Source: Clostridiales bacterium
GTDB taxonomy: Bacteria; Bacillota; Clostridia; Oscillospirales; QAMX01
Direction of reading: 5' to 3'
Length of the DNA stretch: 30,787 nucleotides
NCBI GenBank assembly: GCA_012841675.1
Contig: DUUG01000244.1
Coordinates: 1-30,787 of the forward strand
Part shown: positions 28,764 to 30,787 of the stretch, in pieces
How the letters are laid out: each line of letters begins with the position of its first letter
Position numbering within the stretch: the first letter of the stretch is position 1
Translations under genes and position numbers: made by a program
The notes under the pieces: model-generated
What the model was told of the DNA's origin: nothing
Seen by the model: the letters and a program-made list of their open reading frames with translations, nothing else
Database searches by the model: none

Positions 28764-29558
28764 ATGACGGACAAGGGGCTTTGCCGGGTCATCACCGTTG
28801 CCAACCAGAAGGGCGGCGTCGGAAAAACGACGACAGCGGTCAATCTGGCAGCAGGGCTTGGCTTGGCCGGCGTGAAAACCCTGCTCATTGACTTTGACCC
28901 CCAGGGAAATGCAACTAGCGGTTTCGGCTTGGAAAAAAGCACGGCGCAGACGGCGTTTGACGTGATTGTCGGCGATTTGCCGCCGAAAAAAGCCATACGC
29001 CAAACGCCTTATGGGGATATTCTTCCTTCCTGTCTGGAACTGGCCGGGGCGGAAATTGCCCTTGTGGAAACCCAGAACCGGGAACACGCGCTTAAGCGCG
29101 CTATTACGGAACTTCGGGCGCATTACAACGTCATAATTATAGACTGCCCCCCATCCCTTGGGCTACTTACGCTGAATGCTCTGTGCGCGGCGGATTCGGT
29201 GTTAATTCCCCTCCAATGCGAATATTTCGCCTTGGAAGGCCTTTCCATGCTGGTCAACAGCATCCGCACAGTGCGAAAGAAGCTGAATCCCAGGCTGGAT
29301 ATCGACGGGATTCTCTTTACCATGTTTGACGGACGGACAAACCTCGCCATGCAGGTTGTGCGGGAAGTAAAGAAATACTTCGCTGACAAAGTGTATAAAA
29401 CCGTAATTCCCCGGTACGTACGCTTGTCGGAAGCGCCGAGTCACGGAAAACCCATCCAGTTTTATGACAAAAGCTCCAAAGGCGCTGCCGGTTATATAAA
29501 GTTGACGGAGGAGTTCATGCGTCGAAACCGGATATCCGGTAAGAAGAAGCAGGTATAA
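28764..29558 (+). CDS. parA: Chromosome partitioning ATPase ParA/Soj
   Basis: VANQKGGVGKTTTAVNL, IDFDPQGNATSG, IIDCPPSLGLLT, QCEYFALEG, VRLSEAPSHG. Confidence 0.96.
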   Translation: MTDKGLCRVITVANQKGGVGKTTTAVNLAAGLGLAGVKTLLIDFDPQGNATSGFGLEKSTAQTAFDVIVGDLPPKKAIRQTPYGDILPSCLELAGAEIALVETQNREHALKRAITELRAHYNVIIIDCPPSLGLLTLNALCAADSVLIPLQCEYFALEGLSMLVNSIRTVRKKLNPRLDIDGILFTMFDGRTNLAMQVVREVKKYFADKVYKTVIPRYVRLSEAPSHGKPIQFYDKSSKGAAGYIKLTEEFMRRNRISGKKKQV

Positions 29559-29573
29559 GCAGAGGGAGGGCAT

Positions 29574-30443
29574 ATGGCAGCAAAAAACACGGGAGGCCTT
29601 GGAAAGGGCCTCGATCTTTTGTTTGGAACAGCTGAGGCGGTGGAAACTGCCGAAAATATTACCCGCCTAAGCATTCATCAGATTGAACCCAACCGGGAAC
29701 AGCCCCGGAGAAGCTTTGACGAGGAAGCGTTGTCCGTTCTGGCCGAGAGCATTCGTCAGCATGGCGTCATAACGCCTTTGGCGGTGCGGAAAATCGACGA
29801 AAACCGCTATCAGATTGTGGCCGGGGAACGGCGATACCGCGCTTCGCGGATGGCCGGCCTGGATGAGCTTCCGGTGGTCATATTGGAAGCTTCGGATCTG
29901 GAAGCTTTGGAGATGGCGCTCGTAGAAAACCTTCAGCGGGAGGACTTGTCCCCCATCGAAGAGGCCGAGGCTTACCGCGTTTTAATTGAAGAGTACGGGT
30001 TGACCCAGGAGCAGGCGGCAGAGCGGGTTGGCCGCTCCCGTCCGGCGGTGGCGAATGCTCTTAGGATTTTGGAGCTACCGGAGGACATAAAGCATATGAT
30101 TGCGTCGGGCACACTTTCGGCGGGCCACGGTCGTGCGCTTTTACCCATAAAATCCGAAAGAGATCGGACTCAGGCTGCGGAAACTGTGGTGGCGCGCGGG
30201 CTATCTGTCCGCCAGACAGAACAGTGGGTCAAACGCCTGCTGGCGGAGGAAAAACCGCCGAAAAAGCAGGAAGTTGTCGATTATGCCAAGGAATTGTCAG
30301 CAAAACTGGCCGGAGGGCTTGGCCGCGGCGTGCAGGTGTTGCCTGGCCGGGGCGGCCGGGGCCGCATTGTGCTAGAGTATTACGATCTGGACGATTTAGA
30401 CCATTTGCTGGCACAGCTTGGACAAAGCACAGACACAGATTAA
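29574..30443 (+). CDS. parB: Chromosome partitioning CTPase ParB/Spo0J
   Basis: GLGKGLD.L, PNREQPR, IVAGERRYRA, ENLQREDL, HTH LTQEQAAERVGRSRPAVANALR. Confidence 0.96.
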   Translation: MAAKNTGGLGKGLDLLFGTAEAVETAENITRLSIHQIEPNREQPRRSFDEEALSVLAESIRQHGVITPLAVRKIDENRYQIVAGERRYRASRMAGLDELPVVILEASDLEALEMALVENLQREDLSPIEEAEAYRVLIEEYGLTQEQAAERVGRSRPAVANALRILELPEDIKHMIASGTLSAGHGRALLPIKSERDRTQAAETVVARGLSVRQTEQWVKRLLAEEKPPKKQEVVDYAKELSAKLAGGLGRGVQVLPGRGGRGRIVLEYYDLDDLDHLLAQLGQSTDTD

Positions 30444-30454
30444 AAGAGGAAACT

Positions 30455-30787
30455 ATGGAAAACCAAAACAATATGCAGCAAAACAACCAAGAATCGAAGA
30501 AACAAAAGGAATGCAAAATGTCCGTGTATCGCTATATAGGAGTGATGCTGATTCTGATTGTGATTCTTCTGGCCATTTCTCATATGGTGCAATACCGCAA
30601 TAATAAGCGACTAGAGCAGGAGCTTGCCGGGGCTCAGAAAAACATAAGCGATGTTTCTGACCGGGAGAAGGGCGTATCCGCCCGGTATGCCCAACTGCAG
30701 ACAGAGTATGAGCTGGTGCAAAGCCGTTTAGTAGAGGCAGAGGAAAACCTTGCTTTGCTGGAAGAGGAAAAACAAGCGGAGGTAAAC
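30455..30787 (+). CDS. Hypothetical single-pass membrane protein with a coiled coil; partial, runs off the window end
   Basis: Not in the ORF track. ATG 30455 after AGAGGA, 11 nt past the parB stop: MENQNNMQQNNQESKKQKECKMSVYRYIGVMLILIVILLAISHMVQYRNNKRLEQELAGAQKNISDVSDREKGVSARYAQLQTEYELVQSRLVEAEENLALLEEEKQAEVN, open to the window end. Confidence 0.8.
   Translation, partial: MENQNNMQQNNQESKKQKECKMSVYRYIGVMLILIVILLAISHMVQYRNNKRLEQELAGAQKNISDVSDREKGVSARYAQLQTEYELVQSRLVEAEENLALLEEEKQAEVN

Overview
Chromosomal replication-origin region of a Bacillota (Clostridia-like, possibly Oscillospirales; taxonomy inferred from gene content and order). The core is jag-yidC-yidD-rnpA-rpmH (minus strand) and dnaA-[oriC]-dnaN-yaaA-recF-remB-gyrB-gyrA (plus strand), with several departures from the canonical Bacillus/Clostridium layout. 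(1) About 10.9 kb of metabolic genes separates mnmE-mnmG from jag, including an ~8 kb plus-strand block facing the leftward fork (pduL, YdjC deacetylase, proBA, DUF1846, DapA-like aldolase, GH4 glycosidase, orphan membrane protein). (2) A YegS-type lipid kinase gene sits between rpmH and dnaA, and I found no perfect DnaA box upstream of dnaA. (3) parAB lies right of gyrA, behind two perfect parS sites and a strong promoter, followed by a membrane coiled-coil protein. (4) DnaA has an atypical recognition helix (QHYSTI instead of RDHTTV). (5) A perfect inverted DnaA-box pair sits downstream of jag. (6) Gyrase has unusual residues at known drug-contact positions. (7) A DUF939 exporter gene is interrupted by one in-frame TAG. 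I recognised no mobile elements, CRISPR arrays, tRNA or rRNA. I cannot prove a wholly new system from sequence alone. The best leads are the variant DnaA/origin architecture, the relocated parS-parAB-membrane-protein module and the mixed-function proBA/DUF1846/aldolase/GH4 operon. All family assignments come from motif recognition, not database searches.
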